64,000 nucleotides of DNA from Dehalococcoidia bacterium. GTDB lineage: Bacteria > Chloroflexota > Dehalococcoidia > Dehalococcoidales > Fen-1064. The position numbers and the translations under genes are program-made. The notes under the pieces are model-generated. The model was not told where the DNA came from. It searched no databases and worked only from the letters and a program-made list of their open reading frames with translations. The DNA lies in NCBI GenBank assembly GCA_011170375.1, contig DUEV01000005.1, positions 42,231 through 106,230 on the forward strand. The letters run 5' to 3'. Below are positions 27,943 to 36,616 of this stretch, piece after piece (position 1 is the stretch's first letter; each line of letters starts with the position of its first letter).

Positions 27943-28265
27943 CCCTTTTTCGGACAGCATCAATTGACGCTGCGAACTGTGACATACTTACTTGACCTGT
28001 CACCAAAATGATGCCATTATCTTATTGCAGGGGAATACATTAAAGTAGGTCGGCCTAAGGCTAAGGAAACGATAACGGCTTTAGAAAGATGTACGGAATG
28101 GCAGCAAAGGCAAAGAAAAACACATTCGAGCAGGTGCCAACGAGCAAGCAAGGTGACCAGGTACTTCGCAGGCGTAAAAGGTCGCGGAAGCTGCTGCGTA
28201 ATCTTGCCCGAAGTATCATAAGGCTATTCAGAGGTATAACCGGCAAATAGCCTGGAATGAGCTGA

Positions 28266-29630
28266 ATGTATATTATTGTCGCTGGTGCGGGAATCGTCGG
28301 CTTCCACGTCGCTTCCCTGCTGGCGGAAGCAAATCACGAGGTAACCGTAGTTGAGTCCTCCGAGGAGGTGGTGGAGAGTGTCCGCCGCCAACTCGACGTC
28401 AAAACGATAGTGGGGAACGCCGCCACTCCCAGAATCCTCCGAGAGGCAGAAGTCAACCGCGCTAACCTAATCATTGCCGTCACCAACAACGACGAGACCA
28501 ATATGCTAATCTGCTTCCTCGCCAAGGAGCTAGGGGCAGTAATGACGGCTGCCAGGGTTCGCAATCCCGACTATTCAGGGTATTTCATCACCGCCGCCAG
28601 ATCACCCTCAGCAGCACGTAAAGTCATCAGACCGAAGACGCTGGGCATAAACCTGATAATCAACCCTGAGGTAGAACTGGCCGACGCAATTATGGGAATG
28701 CTGTCAAGCCTCTACCCGACGCCCGGAGAAAACTTTGCCGACGGCCGTGTCCAGATAAGGGAGTTCAGAGTAGACCAGGGAGCGCTGGCTGACAAGTCAC
28801 TGGCCGATATCTCCTTTCCGCAACCGGGAGTTGTTGCCGCTATTTCCCGCTCCGGGAAAACGTTCGTACCTGCCCCTGACGAAGTGATCCAAAAAGGTGA
28901 CCACGTCTACCTAGTGGCACACCGTGAGTCCATGGACGAATTTCGCGAAATGTTTGCCCCACCCCAGCACCCAGTAAGGAACGTTGTCGTCTTCGGCGCG
29001 GGGCGCGTCGGCTTTCTGGTTGCCGAGGGTCTGGAGAAGCACGGCCTAACCATCAAGGTCATTGATGAGAACACTACTCGCTGCCAGGAAATTGCTGCCA
29101 GACTGGAACGGGCGACAGTGCTTCAGGGCGACGCCACCGACCCCGATTTCCTCATTGAGCAGGGCATACCGTCAGCCGACGCATTTATCGCTACCACCGA
29201 AAGTGATGAACTTAACATCCTCTGCAGCCTTCTTGCCAAAAACCTGGGCGTGTCCCGTACCATAATCACTGCCAACAAGCCAGGCTATGTATCTCTGGCA
29301 GAGGCGATTGGTGTGGATGTAGCCGTATCATCCTTGTTGCAGGTCGCCAGCAGAGTTACCCATTTCGTCCTCCACGGCGGTGCTATTTCAGCACCATTCA
29401 TCGGAGGTAAGGACGTTCAGGCAATCGAGTTCGTCACTAGCGCCACAGCCAATATCGCACAGCGAAGCATTGCTGAGGTTGGTCTGCCAAAAGGGGTCAT
29501 CGCTGGTGCGATTGCCCGTGATGACACGGTCACAATTCCCCCGAACGACAGCGTGATTCACCCCGGTGACCACGTCATCATCATCTCATCTCTATCAGCC
29601 ACACCGGCTGTAGAGCGGCTTTTTAAGTAA
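28266..29630 (+). CDS. trkA: Trk system potassium uptake protein TrkA (double RCK: N-C-N-C)
   Basis: Two GxGxxG NAD folds (VAGAGIVG, VFGAGRVG), each followed by a TrkA-C domain. Confidence 0.9.
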   Translation: MYIIVAGAGIVGFHVASLLAEANHEVTVVESSEEVVESVRRQLDVKTIVGNAATPRILREAEVNRANLIIAVTNNDETNMLICFLAKELGAVMTAARVRNPDYSGYFITAARSPSAARKVIRPKTLGINLIINPEVELADAIMGMLSSLYPTPGENFADGRVQIREFRVDQGALADKSLADISFPQPGVVAAISRSGKTFVPAPDEVIQKGDHVYLVAHRESMDEFREMFAPPQHPVRNVVVFGAGRVGFLVAEGLEKHGLTIKVIDENTTRCQEIAARLERATVLQGDATDPDFLIEQGIPSADAFIATTESDELNILCSLLAKNLGVSRTIITANKPGYVSLAEAIGVDVAVSSLLQVASRVTHFVLHGGAISAPFIGGKDVQAIEFVTSATANIAQRSIAEVGLPKGVIAGAIARDDTVTIPPNDSVIHPGDHVIIISSLSATPAVERLFK

Positions 29631-29637
29631 CAAGTAG

Positions 29638-31104
29638 ATGAGAATAAAGGTTGTCTGTCATTACCTCGGACTACTAATAGTTATTCTCGGCTGCTTTATG
29701 CTCGTCCCACTGGTCCGGAGTCTCGTTGCGGGAGACTCTGCCTCCGCAGCATTTGCCATTGCCACAGCCATCACCGTCGGTCTGGGACTGTTGGCCTGGC
29801 GCCTAACACCGGTCGGTGAGGGCAGGCTGAACCGGCGGGAAGCAATTTTACTGGTCGCCGGGGGCTGGATACTGGCCTCCCTCTTCGGTACCATTCCCTT
29901 CGCACTGGCTGGGACTTTCCCCAACTATGTAGACGCTCTTTTTGAGTCAGTATCCGGCTTTACGACCACGGGGGCAACGGTGCTCACCTCCATCGAGACC
30001 CAGCCCCAGAGTATTCTCCTATGGCGCTCCATAACCCAGTGGCTGGGAGGAATGGGTATAATCACGCTCTTCGTTGCCCTGTTCCCGATACTGGGCATTG
30101 GTGCCGCCCACCTCGTGGAAGCCGAGATGCCGGGGCCAGAGGCCGGGCGACTGACACCCCGCATCCGCGATACAGCCAAAGCAGTTTGGTCACTATACGC
30201 AGGTTTTTCGGCCCTGGAACTCGTGGCGCTACTCATTGCCGGACTGCCCTTCTTTGATGCCCTGACGGTAACCTTAAGCACCATGCCTACCGGCGGTTTT
30301 ACCGGTACTAATGAGAGCATCGCCGCTTTCGCCAGTCCAGCCGTTGAAGGTATCGTCATTTTCTTCATGGTGATAGCGGGAGTGAACTTCGGGCTGTTTT
30401 ACTTCCTGTTTTGGAAACGCCAGCCGGGGCAACTTCTTAAAAACACGGAACTGAGAGTCTACCTCAGCCTCCTTCTTATAGCCGCCGTCCTCATCGCAAT
30501 AGACCTGATGATAAACCTAGACATGGCAGCCGGAGAGGCCTTCAGGCAGAGCAGTTTCCAGTCCGTATCCATCATGACAACTACCGGGTTCGCCACGGCC
30601 AATTTTGATGTCTGGCCGATGTTCTCCCGGTCAGCTCTGCTAGTACTGATGCTAATCGGCGCCTCTGCCGGCTCCACAGGGGGAGCACTAAAGGTTATCC
30701 GGCTGGTGGTACTGATAAAATACACCTACAACCAGATCCTTCGTGCCTTCAACCCGAGAGCGGTTATTCCCCTTAGGCTGGGAAAGGCGATACTCCCCGA
30801 CCCAAGCATTTCCCGGATAGTTGGCATGGTGGTCCTCTACTTCCTCACTATCTTCGGGGCCTTCCTGATAATGAGTGCTGTTGGAACAAATGTCCCGGGT
30901 TGGGACCAGCTTACGTCGCTTTCGTCAGTCGTCTCCTGCGTCGGAAATGTCGGTCCCGGCCTCAGTATAGTAGGGCCAGCAGCTAACTATGAGTTCATTC
31001 CTCCCGTAGGTAAGGGTGCTCTCATGGCCTGTATGCTGGTCGGCCGCCTTGAACTCTTCACCATGCTGATGCTCTTCACCCCCTCCTTCTGGAAGTGGCG
31101 GTAG
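29638..31104 (+). CDS. trkH: TrkH-family potassium transporter
   Basis: 488 aa and polytopic. Repeated selectivity-filter-like GFTTTG, GGFTG and TTGFAT segments. Confidence 0.9.
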   Translation: MRIKVVCHYLGLLIVILGCFMLVPLVRSLVAGDSASAAFAIATAITVGLGLLAWRLTPVGEGRLNRREAILLVAGGWILASLFGTIPFALAGTFPNYVDALFESVSGFTTTGATVLTSIETQPQSILLWRSITQWLGGMGIITLFVALFPILGIGAAHLVEAEMPGPEAGRLTPRIRDTAKAVWSLYAGFSALELVALLIAGLPFFDALTVTLSTMPTGGFTGTNESIAAFASPAVEGIVIFFMVIAGVNFGLFYFLFWKRQPGQLLKNTELRVYLSLLLIAAVLIAIDLMINLDMAAGEAFRQSSFQSVSIMTTTGFATANFDVWPMFSRSALLVLMLIGASAGSTGGALKVIRLVVLIKYTYNQILRAFNPRAVIPLRLGKAILPDPSISRIVGMVVLYFLTIFGAFLIMSAVGTNVPGWDQLTSLSSVVSCVGNVGPGLSIVGPAANYEFIPPVGKGALMACMLVGRLELFTMLMLFTPSFWKWR

Positions 31105-31142
31105 CACAAAAAGCGCGGCACAAAAAATAAGCAATTATGATA

Positions 31143-31171
31143 TTGTAGTTTATCCCCGACAGGATTATAAT
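31143..31171 (+). promoter_or_regulatory. candidate promoter: TTGTAG (31143-31148), 17-nt spacer, TATAAT (31166-31171)
   Basis: Read directly from the sequence. Upstream of the usp gene. Confidence 0.35.
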
Positions 31172-31207
31172 AATACTCGTTGTTCGAAGTGAGCGGAAAC
31201 AGAGTCT

Positions 31208-31645
31208 ATGGAATTCCATAATATTCTGGTGCCCGTAAATAGCTCCCCTGCTGATGAAGAGGCAATCACGCTAGCCTGCCGACTGGCTAAAAGGGACAAG
31301 GCCAAAATCATGGCCGTCTATATTATCCCGATAGACCGCACTCTCCCGCTAGATGCTGAACTCGAAGCTGAGGTCGAGAAGGCAGAGAGAGTCCTCGACC
31401 GCATGGAGAGCATCGGTGCCGGGGAGAGTTGCGCGGTCGAGACCGACCTGTTACAAGCACGTGATGCTGCCCCGGCCATCGTTGATGAGGCCATCCAGCG
31501 TGAGGCCGACCTCATTGTAATAGGAAGTGCCTATCAACGACGTTTTGGTCAGTTCAGCTTGGGCGACGTAATCCCCCATGTCCTGAAACATGCACCCTGC
31601 CGTGTTATACTATACCATCAATATACGCCTGATAAGGTAGAATAA
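31208..31645 (+). CDS. universal stress protein (UspA family)
   Basis: The ILVPV start and the C-terminal GSAYQRRFGQFSLGDV...PCRVIL match the Usp fold pattern. Confidence 0.8.
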   Translation: MEFHNILVPVNSSPADEEAITLACRLAKRDKAKIMAVYIIPIDRTLPLDAELEAEVEKAERVLDRMESIGAGESCAVETDLLQARDAAPAIVDEAIQREADLIVIGSAYQRRFGQFSLGDVIPHVLKHAPCRVILYHQYTPDKVE

Positions 31646-32052
31646 TGAAAGTGGTTATTATGGGATGCGGGCGGGTCGGTGCCCGCCTGGCTTCGCTACT
31701 AGAGCAGGACGGAAATGATGTCACTATTATTGATATTGATTCCTATAGCTTTCGGCGGCTATCCCCGGACTTTAAGGGAACGGCCCTGATAGGTAATGGC
31801 ATTGACGAAGACGTGCTCAGGAGTGCCGGCATTGAGGAGGCAGGTGCCTTCGTGGCTCTCACACAGGGAGATAACCGGAATATCATGGCTAGTCAGATAG
31901 CCAAACATATCTTCAACGTACCCAGGGCAGTTTGCCGTATCTATGACCCCCTGCGCCGGGACATGTACGAGGAACTGGGCTTGGAGACGGTCAGCCCGAC
32001 AACCGTATTTGCTCAAATACTCAGGGAGAAGCTGGAGTCCCAAGGAGAATAA
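31645..32052 (+). CDS. TrkA-N (RCK NAD-binding) domain protein
   Basis: IMGCGRVGARLA Rossmann motif. 135 aa, N-domain only. Its start overlaps the usp stop. Confidence 0.75.
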   Translation: MKVVIMGCGRVGARLASLLEQDGNDVTIIDIDSYSFRRLSPDFKGTALIGNGIDEDVLRSAGIEEAGAFVALTQGDNRNIMASQIAKHIFNVPRAVCRIYDPLRRDMYEELGLETVSPTTVFAQILREKLESQGE

Positions 32053-32055
32053 TCC

Positions 32056-32718
32056 ATGTATGTCATCGTCGTTGGCGGCGGCAGGGTTGGCTATTACCTG
32101 GCCAAAGCGCTACTTGATGAAGGACATGAAGTCCTGATACTGGAGAAATCCGCTGCCGTCGCCACGGTCGTATCCGATGAACTGGGCAGCATCTGTGTGC
32201 GTGGTGACGGCTGTGAGTCGACCACGCTGGCTTCAGTAGGAACCAACCGGGCCGACATGCTGATTGCCGTGACGGGGGACGACGAGGACAATCTGGTTTC
32301 CTGCCAGGTGGCCAAGCACATGTTCGGCGTACCCCGTACCGTCGCCCGAATTAGAAATCCCAAAAATGAGGCTATCTTCAAGAAGCTGGGTATAGACGTC
32401 ACTATAAACACCACCAACCTCATCCTCGAGAGCATCGAAGAAGAGGTCCCGACACACACTCTAATACACCTGCGCGATATCAGAGATAAGGGACTGGAAA
32501 TAGTCGAGGTGAAAATACCTCCGGACGCACCGACCATCGGTAAACCTGTAAAGGAGCTATCATTACCGGAAGGTAGCGTACTGTCTCTTATTATCCGTAA
32601 AGCGCGCCGACCGATAGTCCCCTCCGGCGCCACCATTCTTCAAGCAGAAGACCAGATAATAGCGGTTACGGCGCACGAGTCCGAAGAAGCACTACGAGCC
32701 GCCCTCAGCGGCGAATGA
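32056..32718 (+). CDS. KtrA/TrkA-like RCK protein (N plus C domains)
   Basis: VVGGGRVGYYLA Rossmann motif followed by a TrkA-C domain. 220 aa. Confidence 0.8.
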   Translation: MYVIVVGGGRVGYYLAKALLDEGHEVLILEKSAAVATVVSDELGSICVRGDGCESTTLASVGTNRADMLIAVTGDDEDNLVSCQVAKHMFGVPRTVARIRNPKNEAIFKKLGIDVTINTTNLILESIEEEVPTHTLIHLRDIRDKGLEIVEVKIPPDAPTIGKPVKELSLPEGSVLSLIIRKARRPIVPSGATILQAEDQIIAVTAHESEEALRAALSGE

Positions 32719-32765
32719 ATTTAGCGCCTGCCTGTTTGTAAGCTGGTTCAGACTCCAATGGCTAT

Positions 32766-32794
32766 TTGACATGAGATCTCTTTCGAATTACAAT
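32766..32794 (+). promoter_or_regulatory. near-consensus promoter: TTGACA (32766-32771), 17-nt spacer, TACAAT (32789-32794)
   Basis: Read directly from the sequence. About 100 nt upstream of comEA. Confidence 0.5.
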
Positions 32795-32894
32795 GAACGC
32801 CTACACACGTCAATCGATGCCATAAGGACGAAAAGAAACTGACTCATATTTACCTACAACACAGACCGTCAGGAGCAGGAGGTCACCAATCACA

Positions 32895-33410
32895 GTGAGT
32901 AAATTCAATTGGTTCTGGACAGTGGTGATGGTCCTGCTGATAGCCGTTACAGTCGGTGGTGGCCTGGTTGTCTGGGCAAGGTACCAGGCAAGCCCTCCCC
33001 TGGAGATATCTTTACCCCAGAACGAAGAGAACCAGGGCGATATCTTTATCGGTGGTGCTGTCACAAACCCCGGATACTACCCCTACAGCGATAGTGACTC
33101 CCTCAAAGCTCTTATTCAAGCCGCCGGTGGCACTACTGATAACGCCGACCTCAACGAATTGCAGCTCTACATCCCAGAGACAGAATCAACGGAACAAGAA
33201 GATGGACCACAGAAGGTTAACATCAACCGGGCCGAGGCGTGGCTGCTTGACGCCCTACCACAGATAGGCCCGGCAAGAGCACAAGCAATCATCGACTACC
33301 GCCAGGAGAACGGCCCTTTTCGCAGCATCGATGAGATAACCAATGTAGAAGGCATCGGGCCCGCTACCTACGAGCAAATCAAGGGCCTGATTACGGTCGC
33401 CGACCAGTAA
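32895..33410 (+). CDS. comEA: ComEA family DNA-binding (helix-hairpin-helix) protein
   Basis: N-terminal TM segment, SLBB-like middle, and a C-terminal tandem HhH: INRAEAWLLDALPQIGPARAQAIIDYR...ITNVEGIGPATYEQI. Confidence 0.85.
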   Translation: MSKFNWFWTVVMVLLIAVTVGGGLVVWARYQASPPLEISLPQNEENQGDIFIGGAVTNPGYYPYSDSDSLKALIQAAGGTTDNADLNELQLYIPETESTEQEDGPQKVNINRAEAWLLDALPQIGPARAQAIIDYRQENGPFRSIDEITNVEGIGPATYEQIKGLITVADQ

Positions 33411-33536
33411 CCGAGGTGGGCGCCAGTGTCACTGATTTATCTCAGTTGTGCCTAGATAGTCGGTATCTTCCTGGGTTCAATATATAATCTCCCCCTACCG
33501 CTTCTCCTCGTCGGGCTGGTTACCATACCGCTGCCC

Positions 33537-35825
33537 TTGATCATCCGTCGGCACCGGAAAGCTGCCACCCTGATAGCTCTGGGCACAGTGATTCTTTGCG
33601 GTGGCATCCTCCGCTTTCAGCCTGACCTGACACCAGCCGGTGCTGACTCTCTCCAGTTCTACAACGACCACGGCACTCTGGAAATCAAGGGGATAATAGA
33701 CAGCGACCCAGAAGCCGGAGAGGAGACCACTCACCTGCGCTTCTCCGCCTGGCAGGTGAAGGTGGACGGGGAGTGGCGGGAGGTAACCGGAACCGCCCTG
33801 CTGTATGTCCGTCCCTACCCGACCTATAGCTACGGCGACGTCCTCCTGGTAAGCGGCGAGCTGCAGGAGCCGCCCAGTCTTGAGGGCTTCGACTATGCCG
33901 ACTACCTCGCCCACCAGGATATCCACTCGACAATGCTTTACCCGAGAATAGAGATGCTGGACACCGGACAGGGCTTCCCCCCACTGGCCTGGCTCTACTC
34001 ATTGAGACATCAGCTGTCCGAAACTATTGCAGAGGTCATGCCCGAACCGCAGGCATCGCTGGTCCAGGGGATAGTCCTGGGGATGCGCAGCAATATCCCC
34101 TCATCGCTGAAGACCAACTTCGCTATTAGCGGCACGGCTCACCTGCTGGCCATCTCCGGGCTTCACCTCAGTATCGTCGCCGGTATCCTGCTTGCTACCG
34201 GCAGCAGGCTCTTCGAGCGAATATACTATATCTACATCTGGCTGGCACTGGTGGCCATCTGGTTCTACGCTGCACTTACGGGTATGCGTCCGCCGGTCTT
34301 CCGGGCGTCTATCATGGTAAGTATTTTTCTGGCAGCGGAACTACTCGGCAGACAACGCAGCGTCATTACGGCGCTCACCTTCGCTGCCGCCGTAATGGTC
34401 GGTATCAGCCCTAACGTCCTTTGGGACGCCTCTTTCCAGCTGAGCTTCCTGGCAATGGTCGGCCTGGTGTTCGTTTCTCCGTGGTTGCAGGCGCAAGGCA
34501 AGAGAACCATCAATGCTACGCTGGGTGAGGGTAATGTCGCTGCCAGTACCGCCGGCTACGTTAGTGACACCTTCTGCATAACTTTGGGCATAATTATCGT
34601 CGTCTGGCCACTGATTGCCTATTACTTCGGCATCGTCTCACTGGTTGCCCCCCTAGCCACCCTCCTGGCACTCCCAGCACTACCCGGTATTATCATCACT
34701 GGCGCACTAACTGCCGTCGTGGGGATTGTCGCCCTACCTGTCGCCCAGGTGATTGGCTGGCTCGCCTGGCTGTTCTCTTCATACATGCTGGCGGTGGTCA
34801 ATGGTCTGGCCACCTTCCCCCTGTCCTCACTCAACGTCGGTACGGTAGACGCCCGCTTGGTATGGGTCTATTATATTGCGGGAATAAGCATTATCTGGCT
34901 CTACCGCTACCGAACGAGGTTGCCTTCCGTGATTTCTCCGGTTACTAATTTCTTTACACGTCTACCGAAGAAATGGGTGCTACCGCCCCTAGTGGTAACA
35001 GCTGTCCTGTCAACTATCTTTGCCTTCAGTATGCCAGACAACCACCTCCACGTCAGCTTTCTCGATGTCGGTCAAGGGGATGCCATTCTTACCCAGACCC
35101 CCACCCATCAGGACATCCTGGTAGATGGTGGGCCCAACTCCCAGAATCTAAATCTGGAGTTAGGCAGGAAAATGCCCTTCTGGGACAGGACAATCGACCT
35201 GGTAGTGCTGACCCATCCCCACGCCGACCACATTACCGGCCTCCTCGACATCCTGCAGCGCTACCGCGTCAAACAGGTGCTCTTTACAGACCTGGACTAT
35301 CAGTCACCCCTCTACGACGAGTGGCTCCGTCTCATTGAGGAGGAGGGTATTGAATACACCTTTGCGCAGGCCGGGCAGCAAATTGACCTGGGTACCGAGG
35401 GAGTAACCATCGAAGTGCTTAACCCGGCGAACCCGCTACCGGATAACGCCGATATTGACCTTGATGATATCGGTGTAGTACTTCGGGTATGTCTCGGCGA
35501 TGTGAGTTTTTTACTTACTGCCGATGTATCTCAGGAGGTGGAATTAGAACTAATGAAGCGCCGGGCCAACCTGCCAAGCACCGTGCTCAAGGCAGGACAT
35601 CACGGCTCCAGCACCTCCACCAGCCCGGGATTCCTCACCGCCGTTGACCCACACATAGTGGTGATATCGGTAGGTGCCGACAACACCTTCGGTCACCCTG
35701 ACGAGGAGGTAATAGAGAGGCTGGAAGAAGAAATCGGCGGGGAGAATATCTACCGCACCGATGAACAAGGTACCATCGAGTTCATCACTGACGGCGAAAG
35801 GCTGTGGGTGAGGGTGGAAAGGTAA
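33537..35825 (+). CDS. comEC: DNA internalization competence protein ComEC/Rec2 with C-terminal metallo-beta-lactamase domain; the apparent true start is GTG 33426, but codon 10 is TAG (33453)
   Basis: Competence domain LAISGLHL and MBL motif HPHADH. See the finding on the N-terminal amber codon. Confidence 0.9.
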   Translation: MIIRRHRKAATLIALGTVILCGGILRFQPDLTPAGADSLQFYNDHGTLEIKGIIDSDPEAGEETTHLRFSAWQVKVDGEWREVTGTALLYVRPYPTYSYGDVLLVSGELQEPPSLEGFDYADYLAHQDIHSTMLYPRIEMLDTGQGFPPLAWLYSLRHQLSETIAEVMPEPQASLVQGIVLGMRSNIPSSLKTNFAISGTAHLLAISGLHLSIVAGILLATGSRLFERIYYIYIWLALVAIWFYAALTGMRPPVFRASIMVSIFLAAELLGRQRSVITALTFAAAVMVGISPNVLWDASFQLSFLAMVGLVFVSPWLQAQGKRTINATLGEGNVAASTAGYVSDTFCITLGIIIVVWPLIAYYFGIVSLVAPLATLLALPALPGIIITGALTAVVGIVALPVAQVIGWLAWLFSSYMLAVVNGLATFPLSSLNVGTVDARLVWVYYIAGISIIWLYRYRTRLPSVISPVTNFFTRLPKKWVLPPLVVTAVLSTIFAFSMPDNHLHVSFLDVGQGDAILTQTPTHQDILVDGGPNSQNLNLELGRKMPFWDRTIDLVVLTHPHADHITGLLDILQRYRVKQVLFTDLDYQSPLYDEWLRLIEEEGIEYTFAQAGQQIDLGTEGVTIEVLNPANPLPDNADIDLDDIGVVLRVCLGDVSFLLTADVSQEVELELMKRRANLPSTVLKAGHHGSSTSTSPGFLTAVDPHIVVISVGADNTFGHPDEEVIERLEEEIGGENIYRTDEQGTIEFITDGERLWVRVER

Positions 35826-35883
35826 GCTGAACCGGTAATCCTACATTTTGAAACACCCTCATATCGTATGCCATACTTAATGC

Positions 35884-36453
35884 GTGTCTGATACCGATTT
35901 CCTCTCCATCCTGTTGATAGCTTTTGGCCTGTCGGCAGACTGCTTTGCCGTAGCCCTGAGCGCCAGCATTTCCCAAAAAACCTCGTCCTTCTGGCAGGTG
36001 TTCCGGGTGGCGCTGTCCTTCGGAATTTTCCAGGGGTTGATGCCGGTGCTGGGGTGGCTGGCAGGGCGGACAGTTGTCGACGTCATAGCAGACTATGACC
36101 ACTGGCTGGCCTTTGGTCTGCTGGCCTTTGTAGGTGGCCGGATGCTCTGGGAATCGTTTCGTGACGGTGATAACAGACGCAGAGACACTGACATATCCAA
36201 GGGACTCCTACTCCTGACACTGTCAGTAGCCACCAGCATAGACGCCCTGGCGGTCGGTCTGTCTTTCGCCTTTCTAGAGACAAATATCGTGCTGGCCAGC
36301 TCCACAATCGGTGTCACCGCTTTCCTGGTCACGGCCGTAGCTTTTATGTTGGGGAGGAAAGTGGGTGGTGTCATCGGGAAACGGGCCGAGGTAGTTGGTG
36401 GGCTAATTCTAATAGGTATCGGCATAAAGATACTGTTAGAGCATATGCTGTAA
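35884..36453 (+). CDS. mntP: manganese efflux pump MntP family protein
   Basis: 189 aa with six TM segments. Duplicated LSxDxFAVA / SIDALAVG motifs. Confidence 0.8.
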   Translation: MSDTDFLSILLIAFGLSADCFAVALSASISQKTSSFWQVFRVALSFGIFQGLMPVLGWLAGRTVVDVIADYDHWLAFGLLAFVGGRMLWESFRDGDNRRRDTDISKGLLLLTLSVATSIDALAVGLSFAFLETNIVLASSTIGVTAFLVTAVAFMLGRKVGGVIGKRAEVVGGLILIGIGIKILLEHML

Positions 36454-36471
36454 CGCCAGCATTTCCCCATA

Positions 36472-36500
36472 TTGACAAGTCCCTCAAAGAGTACTAAAAT
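36472..36500 (+). promoter_or_regulatory. near-consensus promoter: TTGACA (36472-36477), 17-nt spacer, TAAAAT (36495-36500)
   Basis: Read directly from the sequence. About 115 nt upstream of the ATG at 36617. Confidence 0.5.
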
Positions 36501-36616
36501 CCGCCCATGAACGTCACGTCCGAATACGCTCACGGAGAGTGCGTTTCCGTGACAGTCTCGTCAATCTATAACAACGGCGGAAGCCCTGGGGTGTTTCTGC
36601 CGGAGGGGAGGTCGTA

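Noticed and set aside
27943-28265. c-di-AMP (ydaO-type) riboswitch upstream of trkA
   Set aside because: I could not find the conserved ydaO segments I remember (GGGGA...CCCA, CAGCUAACC...CGUAAGC type). I kept only the long-leader observation.
32094-32636. 180-aa minus-strand ORF inside the ktrA-like gene, plus similar antisense ORFs at 15760..16380 and 17467..18030
   Set aside because: They are Ser/Arg/Thr-rich shadow ORFs opposite well-supported genes.
35826-35883. yybP-ykoY manganese riboswitch upstream of mntP
   Set aside because: Only 58 nt separate comEC and mntP, which is too short for that riboswitch. The spacer instead shows a possible TTGAAA / CATACT promoter close to the GTG start.
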